A stretch of 64,000 nucleotides of DNA, taken from assembly GCA_003648195.1 (NCBI GenBank), contig QMOK01000001.1:13189-77188 (forward strand). Reading direction: 5' to 3'. The notes below the pieces were generated by a model, which worked only from the letters and a program-made list of their open reading frames with translations, was not told where the DNA came from and did no database searches. Both the position numbers and the translations under genes were made by a program. Shown here one piece after another: positions 54,920 to 63,542 of this stretch; the stretch's first letter is position 1, and each line of letters begins with the position of its first letter. This stretch comes from Chloroflexota bacterium. GTDB taxonomy: Bacteria > Chloroflexota > Anaerolineae > Anaerolineales > UBA11858.

Positions 54920-55330
54920 CTACTTTGGCAAATCTCCACCACTGAACGCGCCGGGTAATAGTTCCCTTACTGTAGTTGTTTGAACTACGTTCTCGTTTCC
55001 ATCTACAATCAAAACTTGAATATCTAGACCAAACTCCGAGAGGACTTGACGGCAGGAACCGCAGGGCGTGCCGCCATTATTGGTTGCTACGGCAATGGCA
55101 ATGAATTCTCGCTCTCCTGATGTTACGGCGCTAAAAACGGCTGAACGTTCGGCACACATTGTGAGGGGGTAGGAAGCATTTTCAACGTTGACGCCGGTGA
55201 ATATTTTGCCAGAGGTGGTGAGGAGCGCGGCTCCAACGGAATATTTTGAATAGGGGGCGTAGGCATTGGCGCGAACGCGATTTGCGGTCTGAATTAATTC
55301 CTGATGTTGTTCTTTGGTTAACTTTGTCAT
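54920..55330 (-). CDS. cdd: Cytidine deaminase
   Basis: MTKLTKEQHQELIQTANRVRANAYAPYS, with zinc motifs CAERSA and PCGSCRQVL. I prefer ATG at 55330. Confidence 0.9.
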   Translation of the reverse strand: MTKLTKEQHQELIQTANRVRANAYAPYSKYSVGAALLTTSGKIFTGVNVENASYPLTMCAERSAVFSAVTSGEREFIAIAVATNNGGTPCGSCRQVLSEFGLDIQVLIVDGNENVVQTTTVRELLPGAFSGGDLPK

Positions 55331-55505
55331 TATGTTTTTCCTTGTTCGGGTATGGGGTAGTTCGCAATTACGCGTATATTTCTTAGATGGTTCAGAAATA
55401 TGGTGACATCTTTTAAGACCGCGTAAATACATCCGGTCCACTGGCGGTGTGCCTGTGGCAAGGGGAAGCTACCCCACAGAATTGGGTACCGTGGAAAACG
55501 TAAGT

Positions 55506-56120
55506 TTATTCACCACCCATAAGGAAGTTGATAGCGATAGCAACTACTCCAGCAAGTAGGGTACGTATTCCGTAACCGAGAAGGTTGCCCTGCGAGATAC
55601 GGCCTAGGAAAAGGCCTAATCCGAAAAGGCTAAGTAAAGCCATAGCTATAGAAAGAGCGTAGGTGATCATGACATTTCCAATCATCGAGTCAAAGAAAAG
55701 GGGTAATAAGACCACCATGGCAGCTAAGAATGGGGCGAGGCTGTCTACCGCGGAAACTACTATTATGGCCAAGCGTGATGCGCGACCAATTTTGGTGTCG
55801 CTCTGATCGATAAGGGAGACTTTTTCCAATTCTAGTAGTTCACGCCTACGTTCGGCGGATTCGGTAAGATACGCGCCCCACAAACCTGAAACGCCCATTG
55901 CGATTGAGGTTGCCACTCCAATACGAATTGGGATTGAGACATCACGCACTCCGGCGAGGTAATTACCTACCAATACACCTATTGTGGTCAATACGCCATC
56001 GAAGGCGTTCATTGCAAAATATCGTCTAGCAATCTCGGCTATACCCACTAACTGGTTATAGCTTTGAAAATTATCCACGTAATCCATGAGTTGTTGGAAA
56101 GGGGCCAATTTCTTTTGCAT
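55506..56120 (-). CDS. VIT1/CCC1-like (DUF125) membrane protein
   Basis: 204 aa. The NAFDGVLTTIGVLVG pattern is present, with hydrophobic helices on both sides of a charged ERRRELLELEK segment. Confidence 0.6.
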   Translation of the reverse strand: MQKKLAPFQQLMDYVDNFQSYNQLVGIAEIARRYFAMNAFDGVLTTIGVLVGNYLAGVRDVSIPIRIGVATSIAMGVSGLWGAYLTESAERRRELLELEKVSLIDQSDTKIGRASRLAIIVVSAVDSLAPFLAAMVVLLPLFFDSMIGNVMITYALSIAMALLSLFGLGLFLGRISQGNLLGYGIRTLLAGVVAIAINFLMGGE

Positions 56121-56122
56121 AA

Positions 56123-56410
56123 TTAATCTTGCGCAGTGATTACATCTTCAATCAGTCTTGCGCCAGCGGCAACTTCATCAATAGAGTGAATTGCTCCACC
56201 GTAAAGCTCAATAACTTCTTTTAATTCTTCGTATGACAATTCGTTTCCTTCCACGGTAATTTTAGCATTCTCTACTTTGAGATCTATTTCGTGAATAGAT
56301 ATATTAACGCCATCTACTCCAGCTAGGGCGGCTATCCGTTGCACCAATTCTACTATATTAGGTTCTAAAGGCTTTAAAACGTCAAGAACTAGCCTACGCA
56401 AATTTCCCAT
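56123..56410 (-). CDS. DUF211 (COG1888) family protein
   Basis: 95 aa. LRRLVLDVLKPLEPNIVELV...GVDGVNISIHEIDLKVENAKITVEG...GGAIHSIDEV matches my recollection of the DUF211 pattern. Confidence 0.7.
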   Translation of the reverse strand: MGNLRRLVLDVLKPLEPNIVELVQRIAALAGVDGVNISIHEIDLKVENAKITVEGNELSYEELKEVIELYGGAIHSIDEVAAGARLIEDVITAQD

Positions 56411-56501
56411 TTTTTTTATAAACTCCTTAATTCATTCTCTAAATAACTTAAACTATTTTTGACTTAATCTCCACTAATTTTCAATCAGCGGCAACAGATA
56501 A

Positions 56502-57851
56502 TCATTCACTCTCTATTTTGCGGAGGGCGCGGGCAGGAACTCCGACAACCACGGTTTTGGCGGGCACATCTTTGGTTACAACAGCGCCGGCTCCAGTACG
56601 TGCTTCATCTTCAAGCGTTACAGGGGCAACCAGCATAGTATCACTGCCAATGAAGACTCCGTTTCCAATTTGTGTTTTGTGTTTCTGAGAACCATCATAA
56701 TTGCAAGTAATGGTTCCGGCGCCAATGTTCACATTTTCACCAGTAGTGGTATTCCCTATATACGAGAAATGTCCCATTTTTGTTCCGGAGCCCAAATAAG
56801 ACGCTTTTACTTCGCCAAAATTCCCCATGTGAACGCCTTCGGCAAGATGTGCTCCTTTGCGAAGATGCCCAAATGGGCCAATATCAACATGATCTTCTAA
56901 AATTGCGCTCTCAACCACGGAGGCCTCAATTTTGCAGTAATTGCCTATTTGAGAATCTCGAACGATGGCGTTAGGGCCTATGACGCACTCCGCGCCTATT
57001 TTGGTGACACCTTGTAAGTGCGTATTGGGGAGGATGACTGTATCGGCGGCAATTGTGACTGCTGGTTCAATGTATGTAGTATGAGGGTCAGCAATAGTAA
57101 CTCCCGAAAGCATCCAAGCATGGTTGATGCGCTCTTGAATGATTTTTGCCGCTTCAGCTAGATGGACACGCGTGTTCACACCTATCAACTCGGATGGCTC
57201 ATTTGTAGAAACTGTACAAACTTTCAAGCCTTCTGAGACAGCTGCTTCAACTAGATCGGTGAGATAATACTCTCCCTTAGGCGAAAGTTTGAGGTTGTTG
57301 ATAGCTTTCCACAGCCAAGCGGAGGAAAAGCAGTATACGCCTGCGTTTAATTCCTTAACCTCGCGTTGTTTTGGGGATGCGTCCGCCTCTTCTACAATGG
57401 CTTGGACTTCTCCATCTTCGTTCCTAATAATACGTCCAAATCCATGCGGGTCATCCAGTATCACCGTTAACATTGTAAGTGGGCCTTGGTTATTTTTCTG
57501 AGTTTCCACTAGATTTTCTAGCGTTTCAGAGCGAAGAAGAGGCATATCTGCGTAGGTGACTAGGACAAAGTCGGTGTTCCCTGTAAGAAGTTTTTCCGCT
57601 TGTTGCACTGCGTGACCTGTCCCAAGCTGTTCGGCTTGGTAAACGTAGCGGGTGTTTTCCGGCAACGCTTGTTTCACCTCATCCGCTTTGTGTCCAACAA
57701 CTAAAATCGGTTCTTTATCAGATATAGAGGCTACTGCATCTAAAGCGTATTGAGCTATTGGTTTACCCAAAATAGGGTGCAGCACTTTGGGAAGATTGGA
57801 GCACATTCGGGTTCCTTCTCCCGCAGCTAGAATTACAGCAATTGTTGTCAT
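56502..57851 (-). CDS. glmU: Bifunctional UDP-N-acetylglucosamine pyrophosphorylase / glucosamine-1-phosphate N-acetyltransferase
   Basis: AVILAAGEGTRMCSNLPKVLHPILGKP at the N-terminus, with left-handed beta-helix hexapeptide repeats in the C-terminal half. Confidence 0.9.
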   Translation of the reverse strand: MTTIAVILAAGEGTRMCSNLPKVLHPILGKPIAQYALDAVASISDKEPILVVGHKADEVKQALPENTRYVYQAEQLGTGHAVQQAEKLLTGNTDFVLVTYADMPLLRSETLENLVETQKNNQGPLTMLTVILDDPHGFGRIIRNEDGEVQAIVEEADASPKQREVKELNAGVYCFSSAWLWKAINNLKLSPKGEYYLTDLVEAAVSEGLKVCTVSTNEPSELIGVNTRVHLAEAAKIIQERINHAWMLSGVTIADPHTTYIEPAVTIAADTVILPNTHLQGVTKIGAECVIGPNAIVRDSQIGNYCKIEASVVESAILEDHVDIGPFGHLRKGAHLAEGVHMGNFGEVKASYLGSGTKMGHFSYIGNTTTGENVNIGAGTITCNYDGSQKHKTQIGNGVFIGSDTMLVAPVTLEDEARTGAGAVVTKDVPAKTVVVGVPARALRKIESE

Positions 57852-58000
57852 ATATTCTCCAAAAGAATGTCGTATAGCATCTTAGAAAAAATCGCATTTC
57901 GGCAAACAGGTTATAACGTTCCCAAACGCCCTAATTACACAGGAAAATACCCCGTTGTTGGAATGGCTTGGATTCTGGCGATCTCTTGGTACAACAAAAT

Positions 58001-58042
58001 AGCGAGCGCCGTGTGTTTTAAAATTAGCTACACGAGCTCGCT
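58001..58042 (-). terminator. Possible terminator downstream of tRNA-Gln
   Basis: Minus strand reads AGCGAGCTCGTGT, a 15-nt loop, ACACGGCGCTCGCT, then ATTTTGTTGT. Confidence 0.4.
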
Positions 58043-58123
58043 TTCTAAAAAAACTATCTAATTGCCAACCATCAGGAGGGTCTTCTTCAAATTCGGACAT
58101 CACAACTCACTTAAAAAACCAAG

Positions 58124-58194
58124 CTAGGGAGCCCGGACTCGAACCAGGATTAACGGCTCCAAAGGCCGCTGTGCTACCATTGCACCACTCCCCA
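58124..58194 (-). tRNA. tRNA-Gln (TTG)
   Basis: Reverse complement TGGGGAGTGGTGCAATGGTAGCACAGCGGCCTTTGGAGCCGTTAATCCTGGTTCGAGTCCGGGCTCCCTAG folds as a cloverleaf. The anticodon loop is CTTTGGA. Confidence 0.85.
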
Positions 58195-58224
58195 ACAAAA
58201 GCTTGGACTGACCAAGCGAGCCAG

Positions 58225-58253
58225 ATTGTAACATATCCCCATGTGGATGACAA
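58225..58253 (-). promoter_or_regulatory. Sigma70-type promoter of tRNA-Gln
   Basis: Minus strand reads TTGTCA, a 17-nt spacer, then TACAAT. About 30 nt upstream of the tRNA 5' end. Confidence 0.55.
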
Positions 58254-58358
58254 TAGAAAATAAATCAATAAATTTGTAACTCTATGCATAAGCAAAATTT
58301 CTTCATCGATGATGGATATTATATAATGCCAGAAACTTCTCCGGATATCGCTGTTGCT

Positions 58359-59429
58359 TTATTCTTCATCTTCGGGTGTCAAACCCAACTGATGCGCTTG
58401 CTGGTACGTAAGGGCATCCGCGTTATACGCACCTGTGTTTTCTTCTTCACTTGTAGCGGTATCCCAAAAAGCATTGAGTTCAGAAGTAACAACATTTTTT
58501 CCATTTTGCAATACGCTAGCAAGCCCACGTTCTTCTGGAACAATTTCTTGGATATCAGGAATATCTTCCTCGATATCTTCTACAAATTTCTCTATTGTTT
58601 CAGAGGTTACCGTTCGTGCTATACCCATTGTATTCAATATATCAATCAAATCTCGCCCTGTATGCCCCACTTCCATAATCGCTTTTGCTAAATCTCCCTC
58701 TTCGGAAATGGGGTTAGAGGCCACCAACAAACCATGTGAGTCCCCTACGTGTGCCCAAAAAAGATCGTATTTGGTTCCCGAAAAATACCACAGATCTTCA
58801 GGTTGAGATTTGCCTAAAAACCGGGAAATTTTATTCACTCCGCTAAAAGTGGCCATAAGGGTAGTGAGAACTTGAGATTTTTCGACAGCATCTGGTAATC
58901 CCCCCGCGCGGGCTAATGCTTTCCCATGGTCATCTAGTAATACGGTTGAGAATGCGCCTAATTTCTGGCGTAATCCCGTTAATAGGTCGGAAACATTCTC
59001 GGACGATCGTTCCCTGGTGAGAACATCGGTATCACGAAGAGAGGTAGTATCTCCTGTTACTAATCCAAGACATCGCTCCACGGCATCAAGCAGGTCTGGT
59101 ATTTCAACAGGCTTCAAGAAAAATGCGTCTACTTTGGCGTCTGCTACTTGCCGTCTGATGTTAACATCCACTAACCCAGTGACAAGTATAATTTTTAAAT
59201 CTGGGTTAAAGACTTTAACCTTGTCTAATAGCTCTAAACCAGAAAGACCAGGCAGGCGAACATCGGCGATTAAAAGGTCAATTTTCTGGAGGGAGGCTTC
59301 TAGCATGGCTTCTTCGCCAGAAGGAACGTCCAAAACTTCTAGGTCGGCTTCAAGAAGTTCTAGATTCGCCCGATAAGCGGAACGTATTTCACGATGGTCA
59401 TCAACAATAAGAATGCGGTATGTAGTCAT
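58359..59429 (-). CDS. Response regulator: receiver domain plus a Roadblock/LC7-like domain and an acidic tail
   Basis: MTTYRILIVDDHREIR...LLIADVRLPGLSG...KIILVTG is a CheY-like receiver. The central region VLLDDHGKALARAGGLPD...DLFWAHVGDSHGLLV resembles Robl/LC7. I prefer ATG at 59429. Confidence 0.75.
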   Translation of the reverse strand: MTTYRILIVDDHREIRSAYRANLELLEADLEVLDVPSGEEAMLEASLQKIDLLIADVRLPGLSGLELLDKVKVFNPDLKIILVTGLVDVNIRRQVADAKVDAFFLKPVEIPDLLDAVERCLGLVTGDTTSLRDTDVLTRERSSENVSDLLTGLRQKLGAFSTVLLDDHGKALARAGGLPDAVEKSQVLTTLMATFSGVNKISRFLGKSQPEDLWYFSGTKYDLFWAHVGDSHGLLVASNPISEEGDLAKAIMEVGHTGRDLIDILNTMGIARTVTSETIEKFVEDIEEDIPDIQEIVPEERGLASVLQNGKNVVTSELNAFWDTATSEEENTGAYNADALTYQQAHQLGLTPEDEE

Positions 59430-59920
59430 AGTTGAAAGGTATTCTATCACATTAAAAATCAATTTTATCGTTTTTAGCCAATCGGGTGCGCATTATTTTA
59501 AAAAAGCGGAAAGACTTCCAGAGTTTTATAGAATATCATCCAATATCTGCGGTTCTTTTTAGTGTTTACGCAAACGTAGTGCTTTGTCAAGTGTGAATTG
59601 ATGGTTTATAGAGCGAACGAGAGTTCGCCTGTGCCTGAAACGGGCACTCTCGTGCCCTACTGCGAATACGTCATGCTATCCTTGACATAACAGTAGAGCA
59701 AACAGCGATAACGGCCCCCACAAGAGAATAGGAAAGCACGTCTCATAGATGATTGCACATCGCTGGGGTGACTGGGGGGCACAACGCTTCTAATTTGCTT
59801 GTCGTCTCAGTTGTAGAGTTTTACTGCTCTGCTGGCTAGAATTGATGCGCATCCTCGCGTTTGGTTAATGCAATATTACGCGAAATTCAAAACGTTTTTG
59901 TTTCCTCGTTAAATAGGCCA

Positions 59921-60187
59921 TTATCTAATTATCTGAAGAATGGAATCGGCAATCAGAAAATATAACATATCTGACTTAATTGAAAGAGACAATGTTGATC
60001 CAGCAAAAATTGTTTCTTGTCGCTCCCATTTTGACCAATACGCTTGCCTAGGATTCCTAATCTTATCTCTAACTTTTTTCCATACACAGGGCGGTTTTGC
60101 TGTTGAGATTTCTTCTTGTAAAGCGAAACGGATTAGGTTACCCAAAGGATCAGAAAATCGCTCTTGTAACTCTCTATAAGATTTCAT
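59921..60187 (-). CDS. Short anti-sigma-factor-like protein (88 aa)
   Basis: The start overlaps the sigma-factor stop by 14 nt, with GAGGTGG as RBS. The PPCVWKKVRDKI pattern resembles anti-sigma N-terminal regions. There is no full TM helix or zf-HC2 motif. Confidence 0.45.
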   Translation of the reverse strand: MKSYRELQERFSDPLGNLIRFALQEEISTAKPPCVWKKVRDKIRNPRQAYWSKWERQETIFAGSTLSLSIKSDMLYFLIADSILQIIR

Positions 60188-60761
60188 ACACCACCTCGGA
60201 TAACACTTCGTGGCCACGATCGGCAATGGCTTTTTTAAGTTTCTTTCGGGCATGATAAAGACGGGATTTGACTGTTCCTTCTGCGATGTCTAGCGCGTAG
60301 GCAATCTCGCTCACGCTCAAATCTTCCAAGTAGTACAAAACTATAACGGCTCGCTGTGAATCTGGCAGACATCCAATTGCCCACTGTAGGTTTGTCCGCT
60401 GCTCCTGGTTTTCCATTGCTGCTTCAGGGTTTCGATGTTCGGGTATCTTCAATCTCTCAAACGCGCCTTGGAAAAAATGCGCCCATCGCTTGGTGCGGTT
60501 GAGCCAACTGTAGGTCAAATTTACAGTCATGCGATACAACCAAGGTTCAAATGGTTGTGTCTGATCAAAGCTATCAGCATACTTATAAATTCGCACGAAT
60601 GTTTCTTGGAGAATATCTTCTGCCATCCCTGCGTCATGAGTGATTGCCAAGGCAGTTCGATATACCTGAATCTTATGCCGTTTATACAACTCACCCAAGG
60701 CGTCAATATCACCATTTTTAACACACATTATGTAATAGCTGCTTTCATTCGGAACAGTCAT
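60174..60761 (-). CDS. ECF-type RNA polymerase sigma factor
   Basis: Region 2 is LYKRHKIQVYRTALAITHDAGMAEDILQETFVRIY. Region 4 is LPDSQRAVIVLYYLEDLSVSEIAYALDIAEGTVKSRLYHARKKL. I prefer ATG at 60761 with AAGAGGAGAAAT upstream. Confidence 0.88.
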   Translation of the reverse strand: MTVPNESSYYIMCVKNGDIDALGELYKRHKIQVYRTALAITHDAGMAEDILQETFVRIYKYADSFDQTQPFEPWLYRMTVNLTYSWLNRTKRWAHFFQGAFERLKIPEHRNPEAAMENQEQRTNLQWAIGCLPDSQRAVIVLYYLEDLSVSEIAYALDIAEGTVKSRLYHARKKLKKAIADRGHEVLSEVVYEIL

Positions 60762-60851
60762 ATTTCTCCTCTTACATATAATACTCATCCAGTTCCGATC
60801 TGGCTCAATCAGTTTTGGGAAATGATCACATATTGCATTTTGCAGGTGTTT

Positions 60852-62708
60852 TTAGAAAGCGCTCCAGATTACCATCCCGTAAATTGCCATTGAGAAAAAG
60901 GAATCGACTGCAACATAAATCAATACAAAATATAATGGGGAAGGTGAATGTCGTTTATAGGTATAATACCAAGCGGCATATAAAGCTACTAACCCAATCA
61001 GAATTGGAAACCCAAATTGCAAAGGCAAATAAAAGCTTTCTGGTATTCCAGGTATCCAAGCTGAAAAGGGCACATACCCTTCTGTAATGGACAGCCCGCC
61101 TTGGATAACAGATAAAGTAGTTAACTTATTTGTCCAATAAATAGCCAAAGCTAAACCGATACTCAATGTCTCTCCTATAATTTTTATGGATTTGTTGTTA
61201 AACCGCTTAAAAAGAACATTGACTACCAGAACACTTAATGCTATTCCTCCCCAAACGATACCTATAAGAGGCATCAATGTAACTCCGGCCACTATCCCAA
61301 ATAATGTCTCGCCAATTATTGTTGTCACATCAGTGAGTGTAATTTCATTGAGCGCCCCTTGCATTGCAGGCGCGGTAGTAGCAAAATACACATTGTTTCC
61401 AACATATTTGTTTTCTAGCCAAGTCAAATACAAATTTCCTTCAGTGTCACTGGCAATTGTAGGCGCAGTAGAGAGAGAAACTGTGAAACTGATGGGCTGA
61501 TAAGAAGTTGGCTCTCCATCTTTGAGATAAACTATGTTGACCTGTCGTTTGCTTTTGCTCCATAAATATTGTGTTTTAGAACTAAATACAATTGCTGTTT
61601 CAGCAATTTGAGATGTATTAGCAGAAATATCTTCCAATTGAGAAGTGGCTGGTCCCATATATTTTGCCAAAACGACTCGCTCTCCTGTATTTAGCGAGCT
61701 ATTTGGCAAAATCTCGTATTTCAACTTGTATCCAATTGGGACATGGGTCTTCATCGGTTCAGTAATCCGCTCTTCGGTTCCAGATGTGAGTACCACGTAC
61801 CGAGTTTCAAGGTTGCCAGCTTCTAGCCCAGCATTTACATAAACATTCCAAAAGACATACACGTTTTTGAAGTCAAGAGCTAGCACGGGGCCTTTGATAA
61901 GCAAGGCAGGAGAAACACCTTGCCTAAAGATTTCAGCTTGACGATCTAAAACAACATCCCCATCTTGGTAATTAGCATAATAAAAAACCGCATCGCCATA
62001 CCCGGCTGGATAATTAGCCCACACGGCATGCAAAACATTATTCTTATCATAAGTTAAACTTATTTGAACGCCTTCGGGATCAATCAATTGTTTTTCACTG
62101 GGATCAGTACCCAAAGTAAATGCAAATAAACCTGGGTCTCCACGTTTACCGCTATACCAAATGTCAATTTTGCCATTCTCATTACGGGCAACAGCGTAAG
62201 TTCCTATTACTTCCCCAGCAGATAAACTTATAGGTTCGTCAATTAAATCTCCGTTAAAATCCACTTTGGCGGTATAAAGATTATGCGCGCCGATCCAAAA
62301 CAAATAAATTCCATCTTCTGCCAAAAGCATTTTAGGGAGGTCTGGCTGCTTAATAACGATATCCAGCGTTTTTCTCCAAGCCAAGCGGCCGTCTTTTCCC
62401 ACAGAAACTAGAGCAGGATAATATTCATTTGGAAATTCCTCATCCATTTGAATAAGGAATGTATAAACATCACCTTCGGGACTAATAACAATAGGAACCT
62501 GATCTCCTATGTTCGTTATTCCCAATGAAATGGCTCGACTCCAATCCGGCGATTTTACCCAAATTTTTTCTGCGTCATCAAGCTCTCTACAAGCCGAAAA
62601 CAATCCAGAAAAAATCAATAAGACCACCAAGATAAGAAAAAATGATCGCAGATTCCGATTCACGCATACACTCCTACTATCTAATACAAAAAATATCAAA
62701 GCTCGCAT
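60852..62708 (-). CDS. Large membrane protein: extracytoplasmic repeat (beta-propeller-like) domain plus a C-terminal polytopic region
   Basis: 618 aa. It has an N-terminal anchor/lipobox-like LFSAC, about 430 aa of beta-rich repeats, then 5-6 TM helices. It is the first gene of the sigma operon. I recognise no family. Confidence 0.6.
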   Translation of the reverse strand: MRALIFFVLDSRSVCVNRNLRSFFLILVVLLIFSGLFSACRELDDAEKIWVKSPDWSRAISLGITNIGDQVPIVISPEGDVYTFLIQMDEEFPNEYYPALVSVGKDGRLAWRKTLDIVIKQPDLPKMLLAEDGIYLFWIGAHNLYTAKVDFNGDLIDEPISLSAGEVIGTYAVARNENGKIDIWYSGKRGDPGLFAFTLGTDPSEKQLIDPEGVQISLTYDKNNVLHAVWANYPAGYGDAVFYYANYQDGDVVLDRQAEIFRQGVSPALLIKGPVLALDFKNVYVFWNVYVNAGLEAGNLETRYVVLTSGTEERITEPMKTHVPIGYKLKYEILPNSSLNTGERVVLAKYMGPATSQLEDISANTSQIAETAIVFSSKTQYLWSKSKRQVNIVYLKDGEPTSYQPISFTVSLSTAPTIASDTEGNLYLTWLENKYVGNNVYFATTAPAMQGALNEITLTDVTTIIGETLFGIVAGVTLMPLIGIVWGGIALSVLVVNVLFKRFNNKSIKIIGETLSIGLALAIYWTNKLTTLSVIQGGLSITEGYVPFSAWIPGIPESFYLPLQFGFPILIGLVALYAAWYYTYKRHSPSPLYFVLIYVAVDSFFSMAIYGMVIWSAF

Positions 62709-63082
62709 TCTGAAGACAGTCGTTTACACAACAGAATTATACCTGAGAAGTATAAAAGGGCATAATTCAAAAACATGCTCGTGAGAACACCTTTGCAGAT
62801 TGGGGATGATTACACTTTTTTGTTCCGTGTGCCATTAGCCGCTGTTTTATGCGGTATAGCAATCCCCTTGAAAATGATATGTTTTTGTTAACTGTGAGAA
62901 CCTCAAAAGAGTATAAGGCACACCACATAACAAGAACACTTCTCGCGGGACGTATTAGTTTGAAAAGTGTAAACTTAATTGTGAACTATCATCAAATCGG
63001 AGGGAAAAGCCGAAGAAATGCTATGCGTAAGCCCACAAGATTCGCAAGCTTATGCAAAAACAAACCACGCCTTAAAACAATT

Positions 63083-63111
63083 GGGAAGAGCCATCGAAAC
63101 TAGCTCTTCCC
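63083..63111 (-). terminator. Terminator-like hairpin after the SH3 lipoprotein gene
   Basis: GGGAAGAGC, an 11-nt loop, GCTCTTCCC. On the minus strand it is followed by AATTGTTTT. Confidence 0.5.
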
Positions 63112-63140
63112 GAAATTGGTTCTATTTGATTTGTTTGTTT

Positions 63141-63536
63141 TTACGGCGCCTCTGTGCTGATGTTTTCTTCTTTCACCCAGCCTTTCCCTGCTGGAGCATC
63201 AACATAATACCAAAGTTCTCCTTCGTGGAGAGTAACTTGGAGGATGATGGCCTTAATGCCTCTTTGCTGATTAGCGATAATTTTAAGACTACCTGGCTCA
63301 TCAACTATATTCACCAAATAACTATGCGCAGTCAAATAAATCTCATCACCAGGCTGTGGACCTTCAAGGTCTTCCTCCTCAATCGCCACAACAGTAGGGA
63401 TAGCATCTTCTACTGCTTGAACGCGTTGAGTAGCTTTTTCGGGAGTCAAAATGTCACCAGATTGGTTGCAAGCTAAGCTAGCAATCAGAAGCAATCCAAT
63501 CATCCATAAGATAACAAATGAAGTTCGTTTTTTCAT
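63141..63536 (-). CDS. Small lipoprotein with an SH3b-like C-terminal domain
   Basis: 131 aa with lipobox SLAC. The C-terminal block is LHEGELWYYVDAPAGKGWVKEENI. Confidence 0.6.
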   Translation of the reverse strand: MKKRTSFVILWMIGLLLIASLACNQSGDILTPEKATQRVQAVEDAIPTVVAIEEEDLEGPQPGDEIYLTAHSYLVNIVDEPGSLKIIANQQRGIKAIILQVTLHEGELWYYVDAPAGKGWVKEENISTEAP

Positions 63537-63542
63537 AGTAAA

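Noticed and set aside
57882-58103. A 73-aa ORF between tRNA-Gln and glmU, and the antisense 64-aa ORF at 57867-58061.
   Set aside because: I recognise no family and see no convincing RBS. The region contains a long hairpin plus T-rich tail (58001-58042) that fits a tRNA terminator better than coding sequence. Confidence in this rejection is moderate.
58107-58295. A 62-aa ORF on the minus strand.
   Set aside because: It overlaps the tRNA-Gln gene and its promoter.
62849-63476. Plus-strand ORFs of 84 and 152 aa.
   Set aside because: They are antisense to or overlap the SH3-like lipoprotein gene and its terminator, and show no RBS or family signal.
57852-63540. I considered a genomic island integrated at tRNA-Gln, since the flanking region looks AT-rich.
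   Set aside because: There is no integrase and no duplicated tRNA 3' segment. The AT-rich genes lie on the 5' side of the tRNA rather than the 3' side. The content (response regulator, ECF sigma) is ordinary chromosomal fare.
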